A DNA stretch of 64,000 nucleotides, from assembly GCA_965218435.1 (NCBI GenBank), contig CBDCKW010000009.1, positions 3,328,001-3,392,000 on the forward strand, in the 5' to 3' direction. This stretch comes from Truepera sp. Its GTDB lineage: Bacteria > Deinococcota > Deinococci > Deinococcales > Trueperaceae. Positions within the stretch are counted from its first letter, which is position 1. Each line of letters opens with the position of its first letter. The notes under the pieces were generated by a model. The model saw only the letters and a list, made by a program, of their open reading frames with translations. It was not told the DNA's origin and ran no database searches. Of the stretch, positions 41,026 to 53,349 are shown piece by piece. Both the position numbers and the translations under genes were made by a program.

Positions 41026-41106
41026 ACACTCGTTTCTTGCGCAGCTGGAAGACGACACAAAAAGGAGCTCCCGCAGGAGCCCTCAACTGGTTTAACCCGA
41101 CTGGCG

Positions 41107-42219
41107 TTACTGACCTTGACCCGCTGGCGCTGCAGGTGCCGCCGGAGTGGGAGCCGGTGCCGCAGCTGGCGCAGCAGGCGGTGTGGTGGGCAAAACGTCC
41201 GGGAACGTCTGAATACCCGACGCTTCTCTAAGCTTAGCCACCTCTTTGCCGAGCTGTTCACTGACGAGCTGCTCGCGTACCTGGTCTTTAACCTGATCGA
41301 AAGGCGTGGCTTGAGCCGGGTTTTTCTTGTTCACTTTGATGATGTGGTAACCAAACTGGGTCTGAACCGGCTTCGTGATCTCACCGACTTTGGCCCCAAA
41401 CGCCGCCGCTTCAAACTCGGCCACGGTTTGACCTTTGTTTAAGCAGCCTAAATCGCCGCCTTTGTCTTTGCTGCCTGGGTCGGTGCTGTTCGCCGCGGCG
41501 AGTTTGGCGAAGTCGCCCCCATTTTGCAGCTGCTGATAAAGCTGGTCGGCTTTGGCCTTGTCCGCGACCAAGATGTGCTGCGCACAAACCTGCTCGGATT
41601 GCTGATACTGGTCTTTGTTGTTATCGTAAAAGTCACGAACAGCCTTGTCACTCACCTTGATGTTACTCCGAAGCTGGTCTACAACCCGCTGCAGCGTCAG
41701 CGACTCGCGGATATAGCTCCGCAGTTCAGCTTCGGACTGGTAACCCGCGGCTTCTAGTGCCTGCTGAAAGTTGTCACCCGCAGAGGCTTTAGCCGCGCCA
41801 AACTCTTTGTCAACGTCCGCTTTGGAAACCTCGATACCCCGTTTTTGCGCCTCTTGTAAGAGGACTTCTTGAGTCGCAAATTGGTCTAAAAAGCTGGGTC
41901 TCAAGCTGGCGAACTGGCTGAGCGTCGCCTCGTCTAAAGGTGCGCCTTGCTGCGCGGCAAGCGCACGTAAAGCGATGTTAAAACGTTTTTCAAAACCGCT
42001 GACCGAGACCGTTTTGTTACCTAGTTTTAAGACGACGGCGTCAGGGTTGGCGGGTTGTGCAGCCTGCGTCGGGGCTGCGCCAGCGCCACCTGAGTTGGTT
42101 GCGGTTTGCGCTGCGACGAACATCAAGCCGCAAACGATGAGCAGCGTTACCGCCGTCCAGAAAATAGGGAACCGTTTTTCAGGCGCGCGTTTTTCAGTTA
42201 CCAACACACGTTTAGCCAT
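41107..42219 (-). CDS. PrsA/SurA-like parvulin peptidyl-prolyl isomerase
   Basis: TM anchor, SurA-N helices, HILV, STDPGSKDKGGDLG, TQFGYHIIKV. Confidence 0.9.
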   Translation of the reverse strand: MAKRVLVTEKRAPEKRFPIFWTAVTLLIVCGLMFVAAQTATNSGGAGAAPTQAAQPANPDAVVLKLGNKTVSVSGFEKRFNIALRALAAQQGAPLDEATLSQFASLRPSFLDQFATQEVLLQEAQKRGIEVSKADVDKEFGAAKASAGDNFQQALEAAGYQSEAELRSYIRESLTLQRVVDQLRSNIKVSDKAVRDFYDNNKDQYQQSEQVCAQHILVADKAKADQLYQQLQNGGDFAKLAAANSTDPGSKDKGGDLGCLNKGQTVAEFEAAAFGAKVGEITKPVQTQFGYHIIKVNKKNPAQATPFDQVKDQVREQLVSEQLGKEVAKLREASGIQTFPDVLPTTPPAAPAAAPAPTPAAPAAPAGQGQ

Positions 42220-42349
42220 ACAAGAAATCCTTTCAAGAAAAAAGCGGCGCGTCGCCGCCCAGATAGATAGGTAGACCCTACCACGCAGCGTATGAGAAAG
42301 TGGACGAAACGCTAAACATTTCGTCCACCAGATTAGCTGGTTGTCCGCT

Positions 42350-43312
42350 CTAATCTCCAGCTACAACCTCACGGTTGAGCGCAGCCAGCTGCCGGTAGAG
42401 CTCGAGCTGAGCCTCCTCAGGTTTTTCCGGGGTCACAATCCGCACCACCGCGAATTGGTCGCCCTTAGCACCTTCTCTGCCCGCGCCGTCTTTACGCGGC
42501 CACCCTTGACCTTTAAGCCTGAACGAACGTCCGGCACGAGTGTTTTTCGGCAAGGTCATCTCAACGTCGCCGCTTAAGGTCGGGACGCGGACGCTGCCTC
42601 CCAAGACGGCGACGTAATCGGGCACGTCTATAGTGACGCGCACATCGTCGCCCTCGAGCACAAAGCGTTTATCCGGCGCGAGCTTGAGCGTTAAAATCAC
42701 GTCGGCCCCGTCTGAAGCTTGACCCCGGAGCCGCAAGCGGCTTCCGTCGCGGCTTCCGGCCGGTAGGGTGACCTCGAGGCGTTGCCCCTCTAAACTGATA
42801 GTTTTGGTTGCGCCCCGGTACGCGTCGAGTAGATCAACTTGCAACTCGGCCTCGAGGGGTCTTGCTTGAAAGCCGAACGAGCGGGAGGACCCGGTACCTG
42901 TCTGGAACTGCGTCCCAAACCCACTCGTACCAAAGCTGGTCGCACCTCTAAAGCTGTCGGCGCTGCCAAAGCCGCCGCCGAAGAGCGTCTGAAAAAAGTC
43001 GCTGAAGTCCGCGCCTTGTGCGCCCGCCCCCGTAAAACCGCCCGTAAATCCACCTGCGCCACCCGCACCCGGTGAGAAGTTCGAGCGAGCCGCCTCTGCA
43101 CCGTACTGGTCGTAGATTTTGCGTTTTTCGTCGTCGTTTAAGACGGCGTAAGCTTCGCCGACCTCTTTGAACTTCTCTTCAGCGGACGGATCGTTCGGGT
43201 TACGGTCGGGGTGGTGCTTGGCTGCGAGTTTGCGGTACGCCGAGCGAATCTCTTTTGGGGACGCGCTCCGGGAAACCTCGAGCGTCGCGTAATAGTCTTT
43301 GTAAGCAGCCAT
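42350..43312 (-). CDS. dnaJ: DnaJ-class co-chaperone (J domain, G/F region, CTD; no zinc finger)
   Basis: HPD motif, G/F linker, LKGQG; downstream of dnaK-grpE. Confidence 0.9.
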   Translation of the reverse strand: MAAYKDYYATLEVSRSASPKEIRSAYRKLAAKHHPDRNPNDPSAEEKFKEVGEAYAVLNDDEKRKIYDQYGAEAARSNFSPGAGGAGGFTGGFTGAGAQGADFSDFFQTLFGGGFGSADSFRGATSFGTSGFGTQFQTGTGSSRSFGFQARPLEAELQVDLLDAYRGATKTISLEGQRLEVTLPAGSRDGSRLRLRGQASDGADVILTLKLAPDKRFVLEGDDVRVTIDVPDYVAVLGGSVRVPTLSGDVEMTLPKNTRAGRSFRLKGQGWPRKDGAGREGAKGDQFAVVRIVTPEKPEEAQLELYRQLAALNREVVAGD

Positions 43313-43349
43313 TCACCCCTCCTTTCTATTTCTATTCCTGCCGGTTTTA

Positions 43350-43913
43350 TTAAGCCTGGAAAACGACCACTCTGGCGGGCCGGATCAGCCGGTCGTCTTT
43401 GGTAAACCCGGTTTGCACCACCTCGGCAATCGTATCGGCGGCTTCAGGGTTCGGGGCTGGAATTGCAGTTAGAGCTTCATGCAGGTCGGGGTTAAAGGGT
43501 TCACCTCTAACGCCGACTTCAGTCATCCCGAGCGCACCCAAGTTGCGCTGAAGGCCGTCGCGCACCGCCTGAACACCGGGAATAAGTTGAGCCGGGTCGT
43601 CTACACTGACGCTGAGCGCCCGGGTCAGGTCGTCATAAACCGCGAGCAGCGGCAAAACGGCGCTGTCTAGTCCGGCGTCGCGGGCACGTATCACGTCCCC
43701 TGCCGCGCGGCGGCGGTAGTTTTCCAGGTCAGCCCTGGCCCGTAAAAAGCGGTCTCTAAAGTCGGCGGTCTCGGCCTGGGACTGCTCCAACTCCGCTCGC
43801 ATGATGCTCAGCTCGTCTAGTTCGGTGTCGGTATCAGCTTCAGGAGTAGCGGTGGGGTCCTCCCCCACCGCGTCGTCTGACAAGTCCTTGGTCTGCGTTT
43901 CGTCTTTACGCAT
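43350..43913 (-). CDS. grpE: Nucleotide exchange factor GrpE
   Basis: ADLENYRRR, FNPDLHEA, RPARVVV. Confidence 0.95.
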   Translation of the reverse strand: MRKDETQTKDLSDDAVGEDPTATPEADTDTELDELSIMRAELEQSQAETADFRDRFLRARADLENYRRRAAGDVIRARDAGLDSAVLPLLAVYDDLTRALSVSVDDPAQLIPGVQAVRDGLQRNLGALGMTEVGVRGEPFNPDLHEALTAIPAPNPEAADTIAEVVQTGFTKDDRLIRPARVVVFQA

Positions 43914-43915
43914 CG

Positions 43916-45784
43916 TTAGCCTGCCGGTTTGAAGTCAGCGTCAACCACGTCGTCTTCAGCTTGAGGTTGCGCTTCGCTCGAGTCGTCGTTCTGAGGCGGC
44001 GCGGCCTGCTGGAGCGCGGCGACTTTTTCACTCAGGTCACGGGCCAGGTCGTCCAAACGGCTCTTGGGCGCGTCGCTGTCAACTGCGCTCTGCGCTTCGG
44101 CAATCGCGTCTTTGACGGGTTGTTTGGCCGCGTCGTCAGCCGCCGACTCGTCAACGGTGCGCTGCGCCTGAACGCGGAGGCTGTCGAGCGTGTTTTTTGC
44201 CTCGGTGTGTTCGCGGGCTTCGCGGTCGCGTTCGGCGTTCGCCTCGGCGTCTTTAACCATCCGGTCTACTTCGTCTTCAGAGAGCGTCGTGGTGTTTTGG
44301 ATCGTGATCGACGCCTCTTTATTCGTGGACTTCTCTTTCGCCGTGACGTTCAAAATGCCGTTGGCGTTGATATCATAAGAGATTTCAATCTGCGGCATGC
44401 CGGCGGGCATAGGGGGAATACCCTCGAGCTTAAAACGGCCAAGCGATTTGTTGTCGTGCGCCATGGAACGCTCGCCCTGCAAGACATGCACCTCGACGCC
44501 CGTTTGGTTCATCTCAGCGGTTGAAAAGGTTTCGGTTTTACGGACTGGAATGGCGGTGTTACGGTCCACGAGTTTGGTAAACACGCCGCCTTTAGTCTCA
44601 ACGCCGAGCGAAAGCGGCGTCACGTCTAAGAGCACGATGTCTTCAACGTCACCGGTTAAAACGCCTGCCTGCACAGCCGCACCTAACGCGACCACTTCGT
44701 CGGGGTTGACCGACTGGTTCGGCGCTTTACCGATCATCTCTTGTACAAGCTTTTTAACCTGCGGAATCCGGGTTGAGCCGCCGACTAAGATGACCTCGTC
44801 AATGTCGCTTTTAGAGAGCTTCGCGTCTTTAAGCGCCGACTCTACGGGGCCGCGAACACGGTTCAAAAGCGGGCTGATCAGCTCTTCAAACTTCGAGCGG
44901 GAGAGGCGTTTCTCGAGGTACAAGGGTGCGTTTGACGCCGGGTCCATCGCAATAAACGGCAAGCTGATGGTCGTTTCGGGAATGCCGGAAAGTTCGATTT
45001 TAGCCTTTTCCGCCGCTTCTAACAGACGCTGGAGCGCCTGCTTATCTTTGCGCAGGTCAACGTTGTACTCTTTTTGAAAGTCGTCCGCGAGCCAGCCGAC
45101 CACCGCGTAGTCAAAGTCCGACCCGCCCAAGTGCGTGTCACCGTTCGTGCTCCGAACTTCAAACACACCGTCGCCAACTTCTAAAACCGACACGTCGAAG
45201 GTGCCGCCACCGAGGTCAAAAACCAACACGGTTTCGTTTCCTTTTTTCTCTAAACCGTAGGCGAGCGCCGCCGCCGTAGGTTCGTTGACGATCCGCAAAA
45301 CGTCTAATCCGGCGATACGACCGGCGTTTTGGGTCGCCTCACGTTGCGAGTTATTAAAGTACGCGGGCACCGTAATCACCGCTTTGGTGACCTTTTCACC
45401 CAGAGTGGTCGAAGCATCTTCGACGAGTTTTTGCAAGATCATCGCGGAAATCTCTTCGGGGGTGTACTGTTTGCCGTCAACGACAAAGCGGACGCCGCCA
45501 TCACTGCCACGCACGACTTCATAGGGGGAGCGTTCGGCTTCTGCCTTCACTTCATCCCAAGAACGGCCCATGTAACGTTTGACTTCAAACAGTGTGCCTT
45601 TGGCGTTTAACACCGATTGCCGTTTAGCCACCTGCCCGACGAGCCGCTGGTCACCCTTAAAGGCGACGACCGAAGGGGTCGTGCGGTTGCCTTCACTGTT
45701 GACGAGAACGGTCGGCTCGCCGCCTTCCATAACAGCGATGACGCTGTTCGTCGTTCCCAAATCAATTCCGACTGCTTTAGCCAT
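43916..45784 (-). CDS. dnaK: Chaperone DnaK
   Basis: [25 protein letters not shown]-terminal VVDADF. Confidence 0.98.
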   Translation of the reverse strand: MAKAVGIDLGTTNSVIAVMEGGEPTVLVNSEGNRTTPSVVAFKGDQRLVGQVAKRQSVLNAKGTLFEVKRYMGRSWDEVKAEAERSPYEVVRGSDGGVRFVVDGKQYTPEEISAMILQKLVEDASTTLGEKVTKAVITVPAYFNNSQREATQNAGRIAGLDVLRIVNEPTAAALAYGLEKKGNETVLVFDLGGGTFDVSVLEVGDGVFEVRSTNGDTHLGGSDFDYAVVGWLADDFQKEYNVDLRKDKQALQRLLEAAEKAKIELSGIPETTISLPFIAMDPASNAPLYLEKRLSRSKFEELISPLLNRVRGPVESALKDAKLSKSDIDEVILVGGSTRIPQVKKLVQEMIGKAPNQSVNPDEVVALGAAVQAGVLTGDVEDIVLLDVTPLSLGVETKGGVFTKLVDRNTAIPVRKTETFSTAEMNQTGVEVHVLQGERSMAHDNKSLGRFKLEGIPPMPAGMPQIEISYDINANGILNVTAKEKSTNKEASITIQNTTTLSEDEVDRMVKDAEANAERDREAREHTEAKNTLDSLRVQAQRTVDESAADDAAKQPVKDAIAEAQSAVDSDAPKSRLDDLARDLSEKVAALQQAAPPQNDDSSEAQPQAEDDVVDADFKPAG

Positions 45785-45881
45785 GATGTCTCCTAATATA
45801 TTTGTGTAGTTTGAACCCTAAGATGCGTTGATAATCTGGTTTTGAGGCTATCTGCGCGTAGGGCGCTCATATCCAGCCGTG

Positions 45882-45911
45882 AGTATACTGCTACATCTAA
45901 TGTCTTGTCAA
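45882..45911 (-). promoter_or_regulatory. Sigma-A promoter of dnaK-grpE-dnaJ
   Basis: TTGACA (45911-45906), N18, TATACT (45887-45882). Confidence 0.7.
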
Positions 45912-45915
45912 GAGA

Positions 45916-45936
45916 TATGAGTGCGGTTGTATCAAC
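45916..45936. promoter_or_regulatory. HAIR-like (HspR) operator
   Basis: TATGAGT-N7-TATCAAC versus consensus CTTGAGT-N7-ACTCAAG; adjacent to the -35. Confidence 0.5.
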
Positions 45937-46202
45937 CTCGAGCTGTTACTTCACGGTTTTTATGAGAATACGCTCCAGACAAAAAAAGTAGGTGAGCAGA
46001 CGCAATATTCTTAGTGCTGCGCCAAAGCCCGTAGCGGAGGTGCTATTAGGCTGTACCAACCTCTGCCGTCAGCACATCTCGAGCGCGTGAGAGACGCTAT
46101 TTTTCTGTATATCCTTCATTCTGAATATCCTTCGTTCCGAATTCTTATTTCTATCTAGCACGCTGCAACCGCCGCCGACTAATTTTGAAATGTCAACCGA
46201 AG

Positions 46203-46883
46203 CTAGACTTTTAGGCCCCCGCGCCGCCGCACCAGCCATGACACGCCTAAGCTCAGCACGAGTAAACTTGCCGACGCTAACAGATAACGCCAGTCGAGGC
46301 TAAAACGCGCCGAACGCTCTGTTAAACTTGTCAGCGACGCGCCTGCTAACACTGCGACGAGCAGACCGGGCGACCCACCGATGGCCGTCGCGCCTAAAAA
46401 CGCAGTGAAGCCGATCTTCAAGTAACCGGCGGCGTAGTTGACCAAGTCGCCCGGTACGGCTAAAAAACGGCAGAGCAAAACGGTTTCAAAGGGATACTGT
46501 TTAAGTCGCCCCAACCATCCGGCTTGGGCCGCCGGGAGACCGCGACCAAAAAGCCGACCGAGCCAGTAGGCCACCGCAGCCGTCAAAAGACTTGCAAGCA
46601 GCGCGTAAACCGTTCCCCAAAAAACGCCGAAGAGAAGCCCGACGGCTACGGTCAACAGACCTACAGGGAGCAGGAAAAGCGGCCGTACGAGGTAGATAAG
46701 AAGTAAAAAAAGGGGTGCCAGCGAGTTATCTTGCAGCGCACTTAGTACATTTCTCAGGAGTGAAACCGGGGTCTCACCGCGGGAGCGGGCGTAAAACCAA
46801 AAACCCACTAAGAGAGCCAGCCACAACAGCGCAACGTACCCAATCCTTGTTAGTTTCGGTTCCTGCTGATTTGTGCGTTTCAT
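46203..46883 (-). CDS. TVP38/TMEM64 (VTT/DedA) membrane protein
   Basis: RPLFLLP, GLLFG..WG, AYWLGRLFG, RFLAVP...NYAAG. Confidence 0.88.
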   Translation of the reverse strand: MKRTNQQEPKLTRIGYVALLWLALLVGFWFYARSRGETPVSLLRNVLSALQDNSLAPLFLLLIYLVRPLFLLPVGLLTVAVGLLFGVFWGTVYALLASLLTAAVAYWLGRLFGRGLPAAQAGWLGRLKQYPFETVLLCRFLAVPGDLVNYAAGYLKIGFTAFLGATAIGGSPGLLVAVLAGASLTSLTERSARFSLDWRYLLASASLLVLSLGVSWLVRRRGGLKV

Positions 46884-47246
46884 GAAGCTCTACGATAACA
46901 GTTAAAACAGTTGAGCCGTTCGTCAACCCCTGCTGTATTTTTGCGAGAGAGGACAATAGGGCAACCGCAAAGTCCAAAAAGGCTTTTGAAACGAACGTTT
47001 GACTAAGATGGATGTTCACGTTGAAAAGCAACTTAACGGCAACTTTCAGCTCTACTCGGGAGGCCACGCTTTTAGAAGAGAAGTTATTTGCCCCTATAAC
47101 TTACTGGGGTGCCGACTTTGCGGTAGCCCTGGGAGAGGACAAAGTGACGGTTAGCCAAAACGCTGCGGACATGCTAGAATATAGAGCTGATTCGGCAAGC
47201 CTACGCTAAACCAGCACCCAATTTTAACAACGGAAGGAGGTAAACC

Positions 47247-47663
47247 GTGCATAACTACGACCTAAATGTGATTCTCTCGCCGAACTTGAGTGAGACTCAG
47301 CTGGGGCTCGAGAAAGATGCGATCACCGCGCAAATTGAGCGCGTCGAGGGCCAAATCAACGAACTCGACGAGTGGGGCAACAAACGCCTCGCCTACCCGA
47401 TTCGTAAACTGAACGAAGGCTACTACTTGATCTACAAATTGTCGCTTTCGGAGAGTACGCCCCGGCAGCTCGCCACGAACTTGCGTTTACGCGACAACGT
47501 GATGCGCGTGCTGATTACGCGTGACCGGCCCGAGCAGCGCACCCGTAAAGAAACGCCGCCGCGCAGTGAAAACCGCAGTGACCGTAATGATCGCAGTAGT
47601 GATCGCAGCGAAAACCGTACTGAACGTACAGAAGCGCAGAGAACCCCGGCAACATCGGCTTAG
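47247..47663 (+). CDS. rpsF: 30S ribosomal protein S6 with repeat-rich tail
   Basis: EWGNKRLAYPIRK, GYY; GGAGGT SD. Confidence 0.96.
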   Translation: MHNYDLNVILSPNLSETQLGLEKDAITAQIERVEGQINELDEWGNKRLAYPIRKLNEGYYLIYKLSLSESTPRQLATNLRLRDNVMRVLITRDRPEQRTRKETPPRSENRSDRNDRSSDRSENRTERTEAQRTPATSA

Positions 47664-47711
47664 ACTTACGCACAGACAAAACGAACATCACGACTTTAGA
47701 CGGAGGAAAAC

Positions 47712-48554
47712 ATGGCTCGAGGTTTTAACAGCGTTCAACTGATCGGTAGCCTAACCCAAAAACCCGAAATGAAATACACCGCTGGCGGCTTGGCGATTTT
47801 AGAGTTGCAGCTCGCCGGAAGCGACCATATTATCGGGAACGATGGGCAGCCCCGCGACCTGACCTGGTATCAGCGGGTGTCGGTCTTTGGCAAACAAGCC
47901 GAGTATCTGTCCGAACAGCTGGACGCCGGCACGCCGGTATTTGTCGAAGGGCGGCTCAACTACCGCACTTGGGACGACGCGAACGGACAAAAACGCAGTG
48001 CGTTAGGCGTCAACGCCGTGCGCGTCGAGGCGCTGACCCATGGCCCGCGTAAAGACAACGCGACGCTAACTGACGCACGCGGGCAAGAGCGGCTCTTAAA
48101 CGCGCTCAATCAGGTGACGGTGATCGGTAATTTGATCAAAGATGCTGAACTGCGGTATACGCCTTCAGGCGACGCGGTAACCCGGTTTGTGGTAGCGATC
48201 AACGAGCAGTACCGCGACCGCAACGGGCAAGACCAAGAGAGTGTTCACTTCGCCGAAGTCAATGTCTGGCGTGACCTAGCCGAAGCTGCCGCTGAGCTCG
48301 CTAAAGGTGACCCGGTTTTTGTAGTGGGCCGTTTAACGACCGACAACTGGACCGATAAAGAGGGGAACCGGCAGTATAAAGACAAGCTCGAGGGCAGCCG
48401 AATCGAATATCTGACCCGTGGCCCTGGTAGTGGTGGTACCAGCGCCCGCCCGCCTCGTGCGGACGCCCAAAGGGGTCAGGAGCAGCGTCAACCCAGCCGA
48501 CCTAAGCTGGATATTGACGAAGAGTTTCCACCGGAAGAGGATTTACCCTTTTAG
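47712..48554 (+). CDS. ssb: Single-stranded DNA-binding protein, double OB-fold (Deinococcus-Thermus type)
   Basis: Two OB folds (NSVQLIG and NQVTVIG); tail FPPEEDLPF. Confidence 0.96.
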   Translation: MARGFNSVQLIGSLTQKPEMKYTAGGLAILELQLAGSDHIIGNDGQPRDLTWYQRVSVFGKQAEYLSEQLDAGTPVFVEGRLNYRTWDDANGQKRSALGVNAVRVEALTHGPRKDNATLTDARGQERLLNALNQVTVIGNLIKDAELRYTPSGDAVTRFVVAINEQYRDRNGQDQESVHFAEVNVWRDLAEAAAELAKGDPVFVVGRLTTDNWTDKEGNRQYKDKLEGSRIEYLTRGPGSGGTSARPPRADAQRGQEQRQPSRPKLDIDEEFPPEEDLPF

Positions 48555-48845
48555 ATGGCACAAAGACCAGCAGCACGTAACAGCAGTAAGCGCGACCGCG
48601 ATGATCGCCGCGGGGGTCGCCGGGGCCGTCGGCCCAAAGTATGCCCGTTTTGCACCGGTGAGCAAGAAGTCACCGCGTACCGCGACGCCCGGATGCTCCG
48701 CCGCTTTATCTCGGATACCGCGAAGATTTTGCCGCGCCGCCGCACGGGTGTGTGCGCCAAACACCAGCGTAGGCTTGCCAACACGATTAAAGAAGCGCGC
48801 GTCTTAGCGATTATCCCGATTACCGAGAAACTGGTTCGCAAGTGA
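48555..48845 (+). CDS. rpsR: 30S ribosomal protein S18 (Cys-containing form)
   Basis: CPFC, KILPRRRTG, KHQR. Confidence 0.97.
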   Translation: MAQRPAARNSSKRDRDDRRGGRRGRRPKVCPFCTGEQEVTAYRDARMLRRFISDTAKILPRRRTGVCAKHQRRLANTIKEARVLAIIPITEKLVRK

Positions 48846-49285
48846 ATGTCATTTTGCTCGAGCCTGTCGAGCGCCTGGGTGAAGCCGGGGCGCTCGTCAC
48901 CGTTAAACCCGGTTACGCTCGTAACTTTTTAGTCCCGCGCGGCCTCGCTTTACCCGCAACGCAGGCGAACCAGCGTGAGCTCGACGCGCGGCTCGCGCAA
49001 CGCGCCAAACAGCTCGCGGCCCGCAAAGCCGACGCCGAACGCCTCCGCGAGATGCTCGCCGATGCGACGGTAGACATCAAGGTACGCGCCGGTGAAGACC
49101 GCATCTACGGGTCGGTCACGAGCCTCGATATCGCTAAAGTGTTAGAAAACCGTTACCAGGTTGAGATTGACCGCCGTAAGCTCGAGCTCGGCGACCCGAT
49201 CAAAACGTTGGGTGAGTACGTCGTCGTTTACAAACCGCACCCGGAAGTCCCGATTGACCTCAAGGTCAACGTAACTGCCGAGTAA
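48842..49285 (+). CDS. rplI: 50S ribosomal protein L9
   Basis: VKPGYARNFL, IYGSVT. Confidence 0.97.
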   Translation: MNVILLEPVERLGEAGALVTVKPGYARNFLVPRGLALPATQANQRELDARLAQRAKQLAARKADAERLREMLADATVDIKVRAGEDRIYGSVTSLDIAKVLENRYQVEIDRRKLELGDPIKTLGEYVVVYKPHPEVPIDLKVNVTAE

Positions 49286-49302
49286 AATACAAGCTATCAA
49301 AG

Positions 49303-49332
49303 AAACCCCCTCGCAACTGCGAGGGGGTTTTT
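49303..49332. terminator. Bidirectional intrinsic terminator (rplI/pyk)
   Basis: AAACCCCCTCGCA-AC-TGCGAGGGGGTTTTT. Confidence 0.85.
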
Positions 49333-49342
49333 ATTGCCCTAC

Positions 49343-50790
49343 TTATTCATCACTACGAACCGTTTCAATGCGGATCAAGTTGGTCGTGCCGCGCATCCCA
49401 AAGGGTACCCCGGCAGTAATCACGTAGCGGTCACCAACGCTGATGTCCGTCAGCTGCCGCATGATGCCGACAATTTTCGAGTTGGCCACTTCGACCATCT
49501 CATCTGTCGTATAGACCTCTTGCGACAATGCCGGAATTACGCCCCAGACGATACTGAGTTGGCGGTAAGCCCGTTCGCTGGGCGTTAAGGCGAAGATCGG
49601 GGACGCCGGACGGTTGTGCGCGACACGCTGCGCGGTCGTGCCCGTAGAGGTGAAGGTCACGATCATCTTGGCAGAGATAAAGTGCGCCATTTGACACGCG
49701 GCTAAAGACACCGCGTCGGCTGTTGACGAGTCGGGTTCGGGGTAGCGTTTACGCATATCGGCCTGATAACTAGGGTCACTCTCGACCGAGCGGGCGATTC
49801 GGACCATCATTTTAACCGCTTCGATGGGGTAACTGCCCACGGCTGTTTCAGCCGAGAGCATAATGGCGTCGGTGCCGTCATAGATAGCGTTGGCCACGTC
49901 GGAAGCTTCGGCGCGGGTGGGCGTCGGGCTCGAGATCATACTCTCTAACATCTGCGTCGCGGTCACGACCGGTTTACCGACCCGCGTACACGCCCGGATG
50001 AGCCGTTTTTGGATCAGCGGCACCTGTTCGGGGGGCAATTCGACGCCTAAGTCACCGCGCGCGACCATGATCCCGTCAACCTCTTCTAAGATCTCGTCAA
50101 ACCGCGCCACCGCTGAGGGTTTTTCAATCTTTGCCATCAGTTTGGCGCGTGATCCGGCCCTCGCCAAATAGTGTCGTGCCAACAAGAGGTCGTCGCGGCT
50201 CCGCACAAAGCTGATCGCCACCCAGTCAACCTCGAGTTCAGCCCCGAAAAGCAGGTCTTCCATGTCTTTGTCGGTAATCGCCGGAATGCTTAGGTCGGCG
50301 TCGGGGATGTTGATGCCCTTGTTGTTCGACAACACGCCGCCAAGCGTGACTTCAGTTTCTATGGTCTCGCCGCGCAGCCCCGTGACGCGGAGTGATAAGC
50401 GTCCATCATCCAAGAGGAGCGCGTCGCCGACTTTGACATCAGTATAAAGACCCGTATAGGTCACGCCGACGCGCGTTACGTCACCGGGGCTGTTGTCGCC
50501 ACACGTTAAGAGGAAGGTCTCCCCTTCGGTAAGCGTAATCTTGCCCTCGGCAAAGGTCGCGGTGCGAATTTTCGGTCCTTGCAAATCTTGTAAGATGCCG
50601 ACCGGGTTGCCTATCCGCTCAGCTTCGGCGCGGATAAACTCGACGTTTTTTTGGTGCATCTCGCGGCTGCCGTGCGAAAAGTTGAGCCGGAAAACGTTGA
50701 CGCCCGCTTCGATCAGCCGTTTGATGACTTTGGGGTCGCTGGTCGCCGGACCCAAGGTGGCGACGATTTTAGTCCGTCTGACGAGCTGCA

Positions 50791-50791
<1 letters not shown>
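49343..50791 (-). CDS. pyk: Pyruvate kinase
   Basis: TKIVATLGP, RLNFSHG, MVARGDLG, ATQMLESM. Confidence 0.97.
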
Positions 50792-52098
<1,307 letters not shown>

Positions 52099-52212
52099 TT
52101 AGCAGACTGGATTAGGTCAGTTGACATCAACATAAACTACGCACTACCTTAACCCAATCTTTAGCCCCTAACACAGAGTTTTAGAAATACCCAGTCGCAT
52201 TTAGCCTCGGTT

Positions 52213-53298
52213 TTAGCCGGTACGCAGTGGCACCACCATCGCCAGGTAACTGAGGTCTCGGAGGCTCGAGAGCACACTCGGACTGGTCGAGCCGGAAAAT
52301 GAAAAGCGCACGTCGCCTTCGATGGGCCGTAGGGCGCTTAACAGGTAGTCTGCGTTATACGCGAGCGCAATTTCCGACTCGATCCCCTCTTGCGCTACGC
52401 TCAGCGCCTCTTGAGAGCGTCCGTAAGCGCCTTCAGCTGTAACTTGGACTGTCCCGCCCCGGACGAACAGATCAACGCGGTTATTGGCCGTTCTGTCGGC
52501 CATCACCGCGACACGCTGCACCCCTTCAAGCAGCTCTTTAGCACTCGCCACGACACTTACCGGAAACTCGCTCGGAATCACCCGCTGATAGTCAGGGAAC
52601 GCGCCCTCCATCAGCTTGAGGTTGAGTTTGTAAAGCCCGGTAGCAAGTGACAGTTGACCTTCAAGCAGCTCGAGCTTGACCTCTTCGTTTGACAGCACCC
52701 TGGCGAGTTCGTCAACGCTCCGCGCCGGTAAGACGATCTCGCCGTCTAACCCGGTTACGTCGTCTAGGTGATAGTACGCCAGCCTAAACCCGTCGGTAGC
52801 GACGGCCCGAACATGCCGATCATCAAACTCAACCCGGACGCCCCGAAAGATTGCCTGATACTCGGCAACTGCGGCGGCGTAACGAACATGGGTCAGCGCC
52901 GCCGCTAAACGCTCCCCTGAAAAGCTGCCAGAATAACTTTTAGGAAAGGTCAGCGAGGGTAAAGACGCTTCGATGAGTTGCAACTTCGTCGCGTAAGACC
53001 CGGCCTGGAGCTCGAGCTCCGCTGCTTCAAAAGATAGTTCGACGAGTTCGCCGGGAAGTGCCCTCACCACTTGGCTAAAAACCTGGGCCGGAAGAGCCCA
53101 AGTCCCTTCGTCTTCGGTGTCTACGTCTAAAGAAGCCTGGATGTCAATCTCGAGATTGCTGCCGCTCAGTGTAAGCAGTCCTTGACCTAGCGCAAGCTTG
53201 ACTAAACTTAAGCTGGGATTACTGCTTCTATTTGGCACAATACGTTCAACACTGCCAAGGGCGTCAGCCAATTTTTTTCTTGAAACGTGCGCGATCAT
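52213..53298 (-). CDS. dnaN: DNA polymerase III beta clamp
   Basis: VATDGFRLA, FPDYQRVIP, C-terminal VVPLR; downstream of dnaA. Confidence 0.95.
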   Translation of the reverse strand: MIAHVSRKKLADALGSVERIVPNRSSNPSLSLVKLALGQGLLTLSGSNLEIDIQASLDVDTEDEGTWALPAQVFSQVVRALPGELVELSFEAAELELQAGSYATKLQLIEASLPSLTFPKSYSGSFSGERLAAALTHVRYAAAVAEYQAIFRGVRVEFDDRHVRAVATDGFRLAYYHLDDVTGLDGEIVLPARSVDELARVLSNEEVKLELLEGQLSLATGLYKLNLKLMEGAFPDYQRVIPSEFPVSVVASAKELLEGVQRVAVMADRTANNRVDLFVRGGTVQVTAEGAYGRSQEALSVAQEGIESEIALAYNADYLLSALRPIEGDVRFSFSGSTSPSVLSSLRDLSYLAMVVPLRTG

Positions 53299-53349
53299 GA
53301 GAAAACTCCCTTAGAACTCTCGGGGGGCGACTTTGAAATCTCCACAAGT

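Noticed and set aside
43961..45809. Antisense ORFs over dnaK
   Set aside because: Common artefact opposite highly expressed genes; no SD or motifs.
47080..47246. Possible S6:S18 autoregulatory leader before rpsF
   Set aside because: No convincing CC-containing hairpin sequestering the SD could be drawn by eye.
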